Source of the DNA: Epiperipatus broadwayi
Lineage: Eukaryota; Animalia; Onychophora
Reading direction: 5' to 3'
NCBI GenBank assembly: GCA_028023455.1
Contig: JAQFVV010000001.1
Location: forward strand, 23,250,001 to 23,314,000
DNA: 64,000 bases
Of this stretch, positions 25,670 through 41,275 are shown one piece after another. The notes beneath the pieces are model-generated. The model made no database searches, was not told where the DNA came from, and worked only from the letters and a program-made list of their open reading frames with translations. The position numbers and the translations under genes were made by a program. How positions within the stretch are numbered: position 1 is the first letter of the stretch; every line of letters starts with the position of its first letter.

Positions 25670-28620
25670 GAAATCGCAAATTCTTTCATAATATAACTTT
25701 TGTAAATTGTTGTCTCATAATCCATTTTTGAAATTTTTTTATCGATAGTTATATTTCCTAAGTTTCAAACTATAGATCTGTAGTGCAGGCATGACAGACA
25801 GATGCGTTAGCTGTAATATGAGACTGTTGATATCTGTTATAAGTGACTTAACATAATTATAATACAATATTAAAAACAGTAAACAATTATTAAAGAAAAC
25901 ATTAACTAAATAAAAAAAATGGAAAGAATAATAACGCAATCGGAGAAAGATAAACTGATGTTATCCACTACTTTAAAAGTTCTAATTAATTGCATTAAAT
26001 TTAATAGTTGATTTAAAAAAAAGAAAAGCTGACATTATTAATATTGGAGAAAGGTCTGAACTTAATAAAATTTTTATCTTATTAATGTGAAATTTAATTA
26101 AAATTATCCAGTTCAAAGTAAATAAACAAAACTGTTGCCAAATTCGAGTTATCTGCGAAACTGATACTTCGTTGAATTTGTTGAGTTGATTTATATTATT
26201 AAATTAATCTACATTTATATTAATAAATTAAGACAATTGTTTTGCGGAAGCAAGATTATTATTAAACTAGGAAATTATGATTATTGTGGGTTGAATATTC
26301 ATTTGTAATTCGTCTTCTGCATGTCATTAAATACTTTTATAATTTTTATCTAAATTAGAATGGAGTTTTTGTTTGTTTTTTAAAAAAAGAATATACATTA
26401 AAAAATTCAATATTCATAATTTAAATATATATAAAACTTCCCAATAAAGTTAAATAATATATATTTTATTAACGTTGCTTTTCTCACTATATTAAAATAT
26501 TCGCCTCTAATTATTTTATATGTGTGCATGTATGTGTGAATTTCCTCTATAGAATATCACTTTAACATGTTTAAAAAAAAGCGCTTAAAAGATGGTGCAG
26601 GGAGAAATTAGTAGCAAAATCATCTGTATCAAAAACATTTCAAAATATTATCGTAGAAAATAGAATGAAAATTCAGCATGAATTGATCATCTTTCAGATT
26701 ATGAATAGTTTGACTTTAAATTATAGCTTCTGGATATCAAATAATAATAAAAACAGCATTTGTTTTCAGTACTAATATTTTATGTAATATATAAAACTAA
26801 TCTTCAATTAAAGACAAGACACAATCAAATATAGTCTCAAACATAGAAGATTCCAATACAAGTAAACTTTTGAAAATTTAGAGAATCTAGAGAAACTTTC
26901 AGAATATACCAACCTATATTCTATCTCAAGACAAGAGAAAAATTATTATAGAATATTGAAATAAAATCCTTGTTTTTACTTCACCTTTGAGTGGTAAGTT
27001 GCGTTTTAAGCAAAAAAGTGAAGTTTAATATTATTAGAAAAGAATTATAAGGCTTAGCGCTTTCAGAGCACTTAGGTCTCCATATTCATAGCCTATCTTG
27101 GGAGTGTCGGCTTACATTGAAGGCGAAGCTTAGCAGTTATTTATGCAAAATTTATTCAAAGTTTTCTTTCATAAAGACCATTTTTGGAGCGCAATTTAAA
27201 AATTATAGAATATTTTTAATTTTTCTAATGTTTAATTTAAAAAGCAATAAGAGATAAAAATGAAAAGTAGATATTTTGTTTGAGATATTTTACTTCTTTA
27301 TGTATATAAAATCTAAGTTTTATTACTGGAAAAAAGTCATGAAACATTCCTATTACTAGAAGTCCGACTGAACCACACCTACTTGATACATATCTGTCTA
27401 GATTAAATGTTGTTAAAATGAATAATAAATAGTAGCAGCCTATCACTAATGATGATCTAGTATGTCACTCGTATGAAGAATTTAATATAAGCAATTTCTG
27501 ATCAATCCTAACTGCCTGAAAAACAATGAGACTAAAGCAATATAAAAACACTTCACTGCCATTAGTTTAGTTACGTATTGCTCCACTTCTAACTATAATA
27601 AAAGTTATAGTATTACTACTCAAAAATATATTGTAAAGATCTCAATATTGACTACATTCACATTTTTTATAGGTAGACAACAATAGACGTTTCACATTCC
27701 CTCTATAATGTGACCCCCCTCCCCAGAGGAACAGAGAAGTATTACTAATTAGGATTATTAGTTGTTAGGCGATGAAGGTTTGAGCACTTTTCAACCTTGT
27801 TTTACCTAAAAATAGTTTAATAACTAAATATTTATCACCAATATTTTTGATTATCATATTAGTTGGTTGAGTCTGACTAAAACGTGAAAATTTTCAAATT
27901 GTACTCAAACTTCAAATCCCTTCATAGGCAAGATGGGTGATGCTACTACTAAACGTTAAGATTCAAATTAATTATTTTGAAAAGTATATCATTAAATGAC
28001 ATAGTCTTAGGTATAAATTAAAGTTTCCGAGACGAACATCTAATTAGCAATGAAATGAAAAATACTGCGAATTACTCTCAGTATCCTTATGGGAGACAAT
28101 CAACGCTAATAAAGATTTTCTTTTTTTTTTTAATAGTTTCATTCAATTAGAAATTTAAAAAAAAAAGTAGTTACCTTTTAGTTTAAGTTTAATTATTTAT
28201 TAAAGAATAAATTTATCCATAATAAATATTTCATCTTACCACATCCCATCATCAATTTCTTGGTTTTTTTTTTTACTTCTTTTAAACGCACTCATTGTGA
28301 GATGACAATGCTCTATGATTAATATTTTCATAAAAGTGTATTAAGAAAGAAGAAATTGACTAGAGATCCTTTTAATAACCCTGTCATATTATCATAACAA
28401 TTGCCATTCATCATCGCTACTAAGAAATTGACACAAACCCATATAACTACAATTTTCTCAGTGTAAATTCTTTCCAGACATTAATTTTATTGTGTTCAGG
28501 CTAAAAATACGACTTAGCGATAAATAAATATTTATAAAATACTTTTATTTAATTTATTGATAATAGTTTTAAATTATTCGTAAGTTGCTGTTATTTGAAA
28601 GACATGTTTCGTCTTTTGTA
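25670..28620. promoter_or_regulatory. CpG-retaining, TE-poor interval (candidate promoter/enhancer)
   Basis: CG dinucleotides visibly more frequent than in neighbouring TE remnants; plus-strand donor-like GAGTG|GTAAGT near 26996. Confidence 0.3.
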
Positions 28621-31600
28621 GGTGTATATGCTTGTATATATATAATATGTTTTAAATAATAGTCAGCTATTATTGACATCTAGTTTTTATTTTTATAACA
28701 TGTCTGAGCATTATGTGTGTGCTTGAATGTAAATTTTCTTAAAAGCTAGAACAACTTTTAAAAATAAATATGTTAGCATAATTTATCAGCTCTTACTACC
28801 ATCATCCTAAAAACTATAAAAACATATCACCCACATGTGTACTTGGAAAAATTAGATTAAAATGAATATACATACACGCACATATAGAAAAATGAAAATT
28901 AAAATCACAGACATGAATGCGTCTTTTTACCTGTAATATTTTTTAATGATTTTTTAAAAGAATTGACGTTCTTTATACAAAATTAAAGCCAATCTTTTAT
29001 TTATCTATTTAAAAAATTATAGATTCAACTTAAAAATAATTGTAAATTGTAATATTAAAAAAAAAGGACCTGCATCATAAAAATTTTAAGCAGAAGAAAA
29101 AAATATATTTTAGAAAATAAAATAAAAAAATATTCAAATCTCCCAATTAAAAAAATATATATATTTAAGTAAATTTTTTGAAAAAAATAAATAAATAGAA
29201 GTTAAACAGGCAAAACTCACTATACGTATTGCCACAAATAAAATAAAATATTTTCTTCTTTTTTTAAAAAAAAAAGAAGCCTATAAATCATTTTTTATAA
29301 AATACATATAATATAAAATGAATTTTCGTCATAATGTAATGAAGTCTTATAAAATAAAAGCTATGCAATTAATAGAAAATGACGTAAGTACTAAATCTAT
29401 TTCATCTTTTGATCTTAGCTTGCAGAATAAATCCAAAAACAGATAATAGGAATATAAATAAATTTGTTTGAAGATTGAGACTTATCTATTAAACAAATTT
29501 CTAATTTTATCTATTAAGCGAAAACTTTATTTAATTCATCATTAATCATAGGCAATCAAGTTTTGTCACATAGACTAGTGCATAACGAAATCAAGTTTTG
29601 ACTTTAGTTACAATTTTTACTTTAGATATCAATCTCTATTTGAGGTTAATTACCTGATTTTATAATCTACATACCTCAATGTTATTTGTCTTATTATAAC
29701 ATATTAGAAAAAAAAATCAGTAACCGAAATGCTATGCTATACCACATTATTATCACTTAATACGTAATACGTTTTCTTTAAGATGAATTTCCAATATTAC
29801 TATAAGATATGATTTAGTTTTTATTTTGGATGAAGATTTTTTTTTCTATTTTATTTGTTTTAATGCAAAATGTTCTGTGTACTTTAGCATAGTGTAGTAG
29901 TGAACTCAGGTTTTTTTTAATTAAAACTCAACCTGTCACTTTTGGTGCTCAAATGTCACAGGATCTTCAAGCTATTAACCATTCCATTTTTTAATAAAAA
30001 ATGATGCTATAAATTGTATTATTAATTTTATGCTATTTTTATTTATAATTAGGATGATGGTTGGTTGCCACCTCATGCTGAATATTGTGGGATAGAATCA
30101 CATAATATCTTTTTTGGTTACAACCACAAAATATTCTCTTCTCAAGAGATTTTATAAACAATTACACCAATTAAGGTATAAACAAATAGTTCTTTAATTT
30201 TTTTATTTAAAAAAAGTGTGGTCTGATTTACTATTGCTATAAACGTGATAACAGAAGTCATAACTTTACTTTTAGTGTATTTCAATTTAAAAATACTTAC
30301 AATATTATTTAAAGATCTATGTATAAAATGTTTTATATATATTGTACCGGTCAAAATCGTGTGTTCATTCAACAAGACCTAGAATCCAAGCAAACTATAG
30401 CAATCTAGCATATGCGAGATACACAGGTCTGGAACAGTACTAAATGTTAACCTATTTGCCTGTGCTGCAGGGTCTCTGATTATATGGACAATAAGAACAG
30501 GGCAATTAGCTAATGATTATTACAAAATATAATATTTAAAGAGTGGTGCAGACTATTGCTTAATATATTAATAATCAGATCCATAATGTTGTTCAAGGCA
30601 CTGTTAAACAAAGGGAGTTTAATTAATAACACTAATAAAATCTTTCATTCAATTTGAAATAACTTAACTTAATCAAACAATCATACTAGAGATTCAGACA
30701 ATGAATGACAAATGCGAGAATACAAAAAATAATATAATATAAATTTTATTACATAATTAAATACGGTAATAAACAAAATAGCTGTATAGAATATCTGTGC
30801 AAGGGTAGTTACAAACTTGATTATGGATTAATTTGCAATCAAGAATAGTTGGGGCGGTTGCTCATATATGGTGGTGTGTACGTAAAGGATCAAATAAATT
30901 AATTAGGTAATCAAGAATACCTTGTAGCTTAACCCTCATTTAATATATTATAGATTCACACTAATGAGTTTTATTAGTCATTACATATATACGAACAAGA
31001 ATCTATGATGTGTGATCTGAAAAGTATGCAATATTTGGGAGATCACTCAGCTTAAAAGAAGCTGTAATTCATAATCTGACTTAGAAAATTAAATTGAATT
31101 GATTGCTAATAACATGCAATTATGACTGACAGAGAGCATTGCAGGTGGATAGACAACTCAATAATAATAATAAAGGTGGTATCGTGTTATCACTCACAAT
31201 CGCATACAGAGGCAGTCACTTAAGGAACCCTGGAGTGGCTCAGTCATGTTGTATGAAAGGAGTATGCCTGCATAGTGGCTAAGGTCATATCTCTGAAAAA
31301 CAATGGCACTAATTGTGTGTTGGGACTATTCATCCATACGTTTCCCATACACTTATTTATTGGAGGTGCCTGAAGAGGAGCCTGAGTGGGAAATGCATCT
31401 ATTTTGAGAGGGATAATGAAGAGTGGGATTGGTCATTCCATAGATCCCAAAATACATGACAAAGCAAGAAAATTATAAATAATGATTGCAACGATATACC
31501 TTTAATGCCTAAAACATATAAATAGGTTGTGCCACTAACGACCATGGTAAATTAATAAACAAAGCAAAAAATATTAATGTTTGTTACTTTTTATTCTTTT

Positions 31601-34028
31601 AAAATATATATATATTCCTTATACTGTTTAAATGACAATGAATGCCAAGTAGATTATACTAATGGAAATTATTAATAAAAGCAAAACTTTAATAAATGTT
31701 TACTGTTAAACTTGTTATATTTTCTTTCTTTTAAACCATTTTTTTTTATAAATGACATTTATCTGTTAAAGTTTTTACTAGTGTCTGTTACCACAGTTTT
31801 GCATATATATATATGACTCCAGCTGGTGTTCTATTATTCAATGATGTTTCCTTTGGTACTTTTTTGTTAGCAAAAACATAATCATAGGAAACCATAAGCA
31901 ATATAAATCATTAGATGATTTCCAATTACTATTTCTTTTGATACTGCAATCTGAAGTGAATTCTGTTATCTTGACTTTATAGCAGTCAGCATAGCATTGA
32001 TGATATTCATTTCATTTTAATCATAAAGATATCAAACTAAGGAGGAATCCCATGCCCCTCTCTTTAAGTTGTCTCACTCATAATCAATATTTTTTTTTTG
32101 CTATCTGTTTCAAATATATTTATAAAAGTAGGTAAATAAACACAAAATTTTAAGCAAAGAAAGTATGTGTGTCCTTTTTGGTGAAATTGTTCTTGTAGCT
32201 ATGGCAGCACAAAACACAGTTCCTTTTCTTTTTTAAATACTGGCTTTTGATCAGGTGACTCCCTTCCTTCTGAAATTTTAATAAGTCATTGTTATCATTC
32301 AGCAATAATTCAAATTAAAATAATTTTTAATTTTAATAAATAAATGACTCATTTATTCCACATTTGTTTAAAATAAAAACATATTTTTTTTTATTAAACA
32401 TTTGACTTTGAATTGTTCTCTTTATTTAACTATTTATATACTACAAAAAAACTATAGATGGCAACATATTTACATCAGAACATATATATATACTGAATAA
32501 TTATAAAGATATGAGTAAGAGATTGTGATTTGCCCAACTGATGAGTGCTGATTTAGCACAAAATGTGCATCTTGGGGATAATACATATTTTCACATGTCT
32601 GGGCATATGTTTATGATTACACCCCTCCATAAGGTGTTAAAAGTGTATAGAAACTTGTCCATATCTTGTGTACAAGTGGTATAGTGAAAATTAAACTACA
32701 GAAATTTTATTCATTAAGATCAAAAGACATGCTTACCAAACTTCAAAACCCCAACCTCTGTTTTTCCGATTTGCTTTTGCATAATCTGATATTTATCAGT
32801 TATTTTTTCACTGCTCTATATCAATTAGGGTCAATTAACAGTTTTCACAATTATAATTTTATTCATCATACAAAAAAAAAATACTTTTCATTTCTCCAAA
32901 TTTCATACAACTTAATATTCTTATAATTAATTTACAATAACGTTAGACCTTATTTTTTAATTTTGTCTTTATTTTATTTTTTAAAGTTTTATATTTATTC
33001 CTTACAATTTGAACTTATTTTCTTTTTTCTTCAGAAAGGTATAAAATTTGTATTCACAACTCAACTCCATGTTCTAACCCTAAAATGGAGGTAAATGGGT
33101 ATATTTTTGATCTGAAAATTCTAATTATGTTTAGATTTTATTCATTTTTTAATATATAGATGTTTAAACAAAAATTTATAACTTGATATCAGATTGGCAA
33201 TTTACTACAGACAGCAGCCACACATCCCTTTCCTAATGTAAACTATAAAGTTTAACACACTATTTAATTAACGTTTATTATTCAAGATATCTACAAATAT
33301 GTGCAATCTTTCTACATTTACTTATAATTATTATCTTTATCTTTACATTTATGTGAATACTTTAGAAAATATTTTAATAAATTTAGCCTATTTAACTATT
33401 TTTTTGAAATTGAATATTGTGCCTATAATATTAATTTTTACATTTCTCTTTTTTAATATTCAAACTTGGATGTCTTTGAGATATTTTTTAGACTTAAATG
33501 ATACATTTGTGATGTGGTATATATTATCAGTATTTCCAACTATATATTGATCTACTGCAGTATGAAGATTTCTTCCAGTTTGTCTGATTTATGAGTTTTC
33601 TACATTATTTCAGCATTTTTTTTTATTCATTTATTTTATATGTGGACTAATTTTAGACTTTTTACAATCTTTTGGAATCCTAAGATTTCTAATGTTCATT
33701 TATTATTATTTTCTTTTTAGCAATTTCATCTATGTACTTTGCCTTTGATCTTTCTTTATTATTTTAAACATATGTCTCATAATACTTCATTACATGGTCT
33801 GAAGTCATAGTATTGCTATTTTGTTAAGTTCCAAGTCTCAGATTTATATGTAAAAATTAGAAAAACATATTTATTAAAAATCTTTTTAAATATATATATA
33901 TATATATCATATTTCTTTTTAATATTGACTTATTTCAACAAAATGTACCCCATCTAAGTTCAATTTTATGATTAATTTCATCCATTATATTTCTGTCTGT
34001 ATTAATAACCTGATATTAAGACAAGAAA

Positions 34029-34322
34029 AACTCTCCATACACTAGTGCCATTTAGTGCTTGCTGTAGTGCTGGAGGGTTGCATTAGATCCTAAGATCTAG
34101 GTGAAGTGCTCTCAGATTCAAGGCTCCTCACTGACAAAGGCCACAAGCCAGAAACTAGTCTGGGAATATTAGATGAGTAGGCACTAAATAGGGATTTTAA
34201 GCACAAGCCTTCTGGCATCCATTGATTATTCTGGCTTGCACTGAGTGGCACTCCTGTATGGAGAGTTTTGCCTGTTTTAATAACAGTTATGAACAAGCAT
34301 AAGAAATGGTGATCATGTGATG
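34029..34322 (+). repeat. Further copy of the ~430-bp repeat, preceded by a short inverted fragment
   Basis: 34068-34322 matches the core and TGATG tail; 34029-34060 is a reverse-orientation piece of the same family. Confidence 0.88.
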
Positions 34323-35699
34323 CTTGATGATTAATAATCTGACCAAGATTTTCTAATTCATTACCAATCTTTATTTTACACTTTTGTAAAAAATCATTAA
34401 ATGTTTACTGTAATTTTTTTAAAACACTTATCTTTAGTCCTGCTTTTTTATTTTCACATTATAAACTATTATAACACCTTCATAAAAATCTCAAACATTA
34501 TTTGCAAAAACAACTAAATTTTTAAAATCTAGATGAGATAAACAATTTCGATACATTTTTATTCTCATAACATTTCAAAAAACTGCTGCAATATATTTTG
34601 AAGGTATGGAAATACTCTTTGTGCCCTCTTATTAATGTAAATTTTAGTGTTACCATGTAATCTACTCATTACTGAAATATTTTGATAAATATTTTTCAGA
34701 ATATAAAAACATCCTAGGATTATATATTGATGAACCAAAGCTTTAATCATTGTGAAAAAGTTTATATAGAAAATACAATTTACAATTGACAATTCAATTA
34801 GCACAATGATCAACACTGAAGAAAGGATTGTTAGCACCCTTATTCAAAAAAATAATTGGCATCACTCTCTTTCAATAAAAGAAAACAAATTTTATGTGAT
34901 TTTTTATACATACCTGTGTTATAGATTGTATTTATATTCAGCTATGTTATTAAAAGTTTGTTAGAATAACATTTTTATTCTTATAGTATGTGCTCTAGCA
35001 ATATAATAAATAAATTTTATTATACATCTTTAACTTCAAGAATGAATTCATGCATTATAAAGATTAGAGATTGCAGCACACAGAAAGGAATCATTTGATC
35101 TTTTAGCTTCTATCTTTCCTGCCTAATCCTAACTTTTATTATAAATACATCTCAAAATATTGATATTATTAGCATAACTACTCAATTCACTGAATAGAAA
35201 AATTAAGAATAAATTTTGTGAAAGAAGTTAACACACTATATCAAACGATATTGTCTCAACTACTGAACTTATTTCTACATACACATAAATCTATATGTTG
35301 CAATTCATATGTATTTTTCTAATGTTATCGGTTGCTGCTACAATGTAGCTTATTGATATATATATATATATATAACAGCATGGATAGTAATAGTAAGATG
35401 GATTGTTCCAACTTCACATCACATAGTAATGTGATATGATGTACAAATCATGTAAACTCAACATAAGAAGACATAACTGAAAATCATAAGAGAAAAACAA
35501 ACCATAGGAAACTATAATTAACAAATCACATTTCAAGAGTGATTGTTTATTTTAATATTTTTATATTTCCTTATTTTATAAAAATATGAGTTGCATTTAT
35601 TAATATTTGTAGTATAACAAAAATGTACTTTTAATTTTGCATTGTTTTAGTGCACTCTTGTATTGCACCCTTATACCTTGCTTATCCTGCTTATCACCT

Positions 35700-36150
35700 T
35701 CTACTGGTTCTGATAATAACTCATACTCATTGGTCTTTTGAAATTCAATTTGCTTTTTTGATTGGTTTGAAAATGAAAATACAATCTGGTCTTGCTCCAG
35801 ATTTTTGTTATAAAGTTACAATTTAAGTGTTGGATTGGAAATACTGCCAAATCTAGATTGAGCATTAGATCTCTACAAATTTTATAACATAATAGTTTGT
35901 GTTGATGTACGACAGATATTATGCAAGGAGACCAATTTAAAAAAAATGCATGACTTTTACATGTCCTTATTCATATAATTTGAAAAACAGTTCCCATCAT
36001 GCCTATTCTAAATCAATGTATATTTGGTGGTATAGTACAATAATATCTACACACCCAACCTAGTTCTGCCATTTTAGAAGACTTATGATTCACTGCAAAA
36101 ATTTTTGCATTTATATATCTGGAAGTAATTCTATTATTTCTTAAAATTCA
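35700..36150 (-). mobile_element. Degenerate non-LTR RT fragment, RTE-like
   Basis: IDLE*A (DLEKAYD-like) at about 36000-36017 and GARPDCIF (GVRQGCIL-like) at about 35782-35798, about 70 codons apart as expected. Confidence 0.45.
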
Positions 36151-36999
36151 AAAATCCTTACATTTTTAACCCATGCCAAGTTCCAATTGAAAAAGTCAAA
36201 ATAGTGTAGATATGTTGACTTTATAGCACTATATTCTCTGATTTTCATTGATTACTCAGACTTTCAATAGATAACTCTAGAGTAGGATGAAAAGAATTGG
36301 GTTTGGAAGCATATGAAGAAGTTATGGGGTGTTACTATTGGTATTAATATTTAGAAGATAGAATGGGCCTGTAATTAACATAAAGGTAAAATCTCTATAA
36401 TTTTAATTCTTCGTCCACCAAACCTTTTTGCTATATCATGCAAATGAAATGATTTAATGCTGATCTTTTTACAGTGCCTTTATTGTCATAATTTTTATAA
36501 CATAAAGGGAGTTTGTGTCTTTCATAAAAGTTAAACTCATCTTTTTTTAAAAAAAAAAAAATAGCATGACTTAGTTTTCATATGGTTTATACATCCAATT
36601 TCAATGAAAATTCATTATTATCATTCTAGATATAATCTCACATTCAGCAAGTTGAAAAACATATCTATTAGTCATATCTCAGTTTCATATAATAAATTTG
36701 TGGAGATTTTTATATACAACTATTTAGTTAAGTATGAGTATGAATGGAATTTGTTCTGCACCTCAACATCCAAGGCCATCCTTCTATCTAGAAAACCTAC
36801 TTACATATTTAAATTTACATTGTTTTAAAAAAGTACCATCTTTCAAAATTGTAAATGTAATATTCTGATATGGAAAGATTTACTGCACTTTTATATTTGG
36901 AATCCATTAAAAGGTGAAAAATGAGAAAGTTAAATTTCACTATTAGTTTTATAATAGGACTAATCTCTATCAGGTAATCACCTATGATTAAAAATAAAA

Positions 37000-37286
37000 C
37001 ATTTAAATTTCTCGCTGCATGGTATGGTTTCTTCAAACACCTACCTTTAAAAAACAGTGAAGAAGTCATCATCCACCACATTCATGAATTACATGATAAT
37101 GTGGGCTTCCACATTTTCTATTCTTGTTTATTAGAATGGTTAGTCAAGTCAGCAAAAATTCTGACATTTGGGGGGAAAAAAAATCCAAACCTGTTTGGAG
37201 ACTGAAAAAATATGCAAATTTCCTAAGACTGGATTTGAACTTCATGTCATGGAAATGATAGATAGATGCATCAACCGTTATATCAT
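37000..37286 (-). mobile_element. Possible decayed tRNA-derived SINE
   Basis: Minus strand tgatataacggttg (A-box-like) and gaagttcaaatcc (B-box-like) at tRNA-like spacing, 37227-37286. Confidence 0.3.
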
Positions 37287-38099
37287 GAGATACTTAGGTC
37301 TATTTATTAGAATAATTTTATTTCTAAAAGGCAAATAATATTTCTACTATTAATTAAAATTTAAACTATATCATACAGAATAATAATACTATTTTCAAAA
37401 TCGAAGATTAAGCTTAGTTTAAACAATAATTAGTCAGAAAGCTGGTTAATTATGTATATATTCATACAAACACACTTAAGACTCTAATAATAAAATAATA
37501 TGATTAATACATATACACATAGAAAAACTAAAAGAGTATCTTTAATTTATTAATTTCCTATTTTTGAACAATGTAATATAAAACAAATTTATTGGGTAGA
37601 AAACATCAAATATGTCAAACATCATAAATATTGTAATACAGTTTAAAGATAATAGTACAAGTAGAATGGTAAAACACGTTGTAAATCCAAATCTGAAATT
37701 CATAACAAAAAAGAGGGTATTATTACAATGTTGATTCTAGACAAGGTGAAATTTATTTTGTATAAAGGTAGTTCTCATAAAACAATTTCAATGGTGGAGA
37801 TTATTTAAAATCTAGTATTTAAAGATTTATTCTTTCATAGTCCTAACTTCACTGAAAGTGATTTTCACATTTTTGATCACTTAAATTAACAGGTATATGT
37901 TGTTAGATGATGAAGAAATAAAACAGATGGTGCACATGTGCGTGTATTTTTCCTGATAGAATTAATAAGCTTGTGAATTATACCAAAAATAAACAATATT
38001 CTTAAAACTAAATAAGTTAGTTTTGCATAAAGCAAATACTATTATTGCTAATATCAACAACATAAATACTATAAATCTGTAGTTTATATTTAAAAACTA

Positions 38100-39130
38100 C
38101 AGCTATAAATTAATATTTACCTGGACTTTGCATTGTTTGGTGTAATAATGGTAGACTGGCAGGTTCTGGAATTCAAGATCCATTGATTGCGGTCCAACGT
38201 TCGAACTATAAACTCTCGAACAATAAATAATCCATACGATCGTTTTACTTATTAATAGATTGATTATAAAAATACGAACTAATTTATGAGGTGTAAATAA
38301 TTGACAATTATTAAGCTGCTTAACTGAGTAATCATAATTCATGTTTTGTAGAAATAAAAGGTTAAGTTTATTTTTGCAGATTAAGAGGTAAACTATAGTA
38401 ATATTATCTAAAAACAAAAAAATGGCGAAGCAAACATTTAAGAAAACAGTTTTTTTTCTCTCCATAATTCATTTAACATAAGGATTTTCTTATTATTGGG
38501 ACTTTTTAATTTTTGGAGATTAGTTAGCAGTTGCTTTTAAATTGCGTCACACTTTCACATAAACACAGCTGCATTCGCTATTGTCCACCTGATTTTGAAT
38601 TCTTTTTTACTTTTCGTCTTTCCATATATCAAATGCTTCTCTTGTTTTATATGTGTATGATATCTTTTTTTCTTAACTTAATTTTATTTCCTCCCACACG
38701 TTCTTAAAAACGTGTTTTAACATTACTATTCTAACTTCGATTTCATAGTTTAATACTGTTGTTTGATGATTATTTGCACCTAGCTTTAATAACTGAACAG
38801 TCATTACATTATCTGTCCTTTGTCGATTCTGACAGTCGCTTGATTTCATGCATAATTATCAATCACACATCTTGAAATCTATAAAATTATTTTCTATTTT
38901 AAGTTTAATAATTTTTTAATGTACTGAAAATTGAGAAGGTAAAGACATACGCAAGGTTTTTTTTCTTTATCTACTTTTATTAAACAACCCCCCCCCCCAT
39001 TTTATTTACATGAAAAAAAAATCCTTTTATCCTGTCATATTTTTCATTTTTTAGTTTACTGTCAACTTATTGTTGTTATAAGACACAAAAAGAATGTCGC
39101 TAACAGTGAAATAAATTCTTACGCGAATTC
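38100..39130. promoter_or_regulatory. CpG-retaining island with a minus-strand splice donor
   Basis: Many CG dinucleotides (e.g. aacgttcgaa, tacgatcgtt); CAG|GTAAAT donor on the minus strand near 38120. Confidence 0.35.
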
Positions 39131-41275
39131 TTTTTATTTTTTAAATTAACATATATGCATTAAGTGAATAGTTTTATAATATCATTTTTTTTTTAAAGAA
39201 TTTTTCCTCTTCCATTTTTAAAATAAATTATATTAAAGGATTATGTTGTTGGGATAAAAATTTGAACAAATATGCATGAAACTTTTAAGCCTCATACTGT
39301 TTACTGTGATTATTTTAAAATATTATTGTACATTTATTTGCTCTATAAACAGTTAAAATATCACATTATCATCTTTTTTGTTGTTGTTGTTGTTGTTTAT
39401 TTGCATTTGTGAAATTATATTTTGACTAAATACTTTCAAGCATCTACATGGTTTTAGTAGGAATGCAACTATTACTTATGTGTAATATCTGGGATTCGTT
39501 AACATATATGTGAACATTGGGATTATAAGTAGATCTGAGTTATTGTTGTTTTTAGATAATTGGATCATAGCTAGTATAGTTTCTTATATAGTAGTTGGTA
39601 TGTGGCTTTTATTTATTATTAACTGGATAGTAAATACTTAATGTGTTTTGTGGGTCAGTTGAGGGTGATTTCTTAAAAATGAATACAAAAAATATGGTTA
39701 TAATAAAAGCTACTATTCCTGCAGCCTATGTTTTACAAGAGCTTTCACAATGTAATCATGATTAGTGAAGCAAAGTGTATAATAAAAATCTTCATTTTTA
39801 ATATTCATTAGGTAATCTAATTTTAGTATTTGTAATACTTGTTTAGGAAATGGTGGCAAGTTTGATCAGGTAAGCTAATTTTAGTATTTGTAGTAACTAG
39901 TTTAAGAAATAGTGGCAAGTCACTCTAGTACCTTTCACAATCTTTGAGTTAATTGACTTAAAAATAAATATCACCCTGTCTATTCTTATTATTAAATATC
40001 ATTATTAATAGTAACATTGCCCTATATAGTTAGACCATAACATAAATAGGAGGGTGTAAAAAAAACAAATTTTTTTAGACTGGTTTAAAGAAGATAGACA
40101 ATTGTAAAAACCCAATAACAAGTGGACCATTTGAATTTATAGCACCAATATCATTATTTTCAGCAACTTTGGGCCAAATTTTACTGTTCCTATATATATA
40201 AACATCTTCAAGAAAACTTTAATCTTGTAATGATATTTATTTAACAGTGCTATCCAGTAAAAAATAAACTCACTTTTTTGACCTCTCTTAATCTAATATT
40301 GGAGAATATTCACTAATAAAATGAGCACATGTAATACTGCACAAAACTAATTTTAATAGCATTGACTTTTCATTGTTATATTTATACATTTCACGAATAA
40401 AAGATATCAATAAAGATTTAGCTTTCTAATCTTTTTGGAAAATGAGTTTCATTAAGAACAATAGCAATCTTAAATTTTGTCAACTTTTTAATAACCAATG
40501 TTGACCTCCATTCATATCTTAAAGCACTTGCATCAAGTAAGCTTGCATATTCCATGTATCTATATTTAGAAAAAAAAATTAAATACTTATCTTTATTACT
40601 ACTTCCTATTTTATTACCATGAATATTTTTTTTTTTGTAATTGTTTCAATTACTTTAATGAATAATCCACCAGCCACAATAATCTAGCAAGATTGTGTGA
40701 AAAAAAACTATTTTTAGATTACTTTTGCTAACTATCTTCTTCTACTTTTATGGTAGCTGAAGGATTCTTGATTAGAGCTATATAAGCATATCACTTTTGT
40801 CAAATTGAAATGTGCCAAATCCAGTTTCAATATAATTCCCAATTTACTAAAACTATTCATCATTGCTTTCTTAGTATTGAGAGTTAAAAAAAAAAAGAAA
40901 ATATAATTAGAGTCAGAATTTCTATGCAATCAGTTGGAGAATAAAAACGTAGTTATACAAAACAAAATTCCATTGTCTTAGTTACTGTATGAAACTGCCT
41001 TAAGAGATTTATGATAGCCAGGACTTCCATTAACATATGTGATTGAAAATAATAAAAAAAAGTGAGAGACAGAAAAGATTATGTATATCAAATACAGCAC
41101 ATAGTCTTTAGTGAAACATCTTATCCTACAAGGCAGCAAGAAATATTCTTGTGTGGATACTATTTGTTGATTATTCACAGTAATAATATTCAAATATTTT
41201 ATTACATGGGAGTGTATAAGAAGTTTCAGTTAATGATTAAATCTGAAGATCAGTTTATTATCATAACTGTGGAGC

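Noticed and set aside
30380-31560. Relatively GC-rich stretch suggestive of a mobile element
   Set aside because: No terminal repeats or protein motifs could be identified.
38138-38205. GCATTG...TGGTAGA, reminiscent of a tRNA-Gly 5' end
   Set aside because: Could not fold a cloverleaf or place a B box at the correct spacing.
38103-38465. 120-aa minus-strand ORF
   Set aside because: No recognisable domain; the hydrophobic composition is expected from AT-rich codons. Only the splice donor near its end is retained as a candidate.
40080-40200. Weak hAT dimerisation-domain-like translation on the minus strand (PKLLKIM...CLSSLNQSK)
   Set aside because: Similarity too weak, and no TIRs found.
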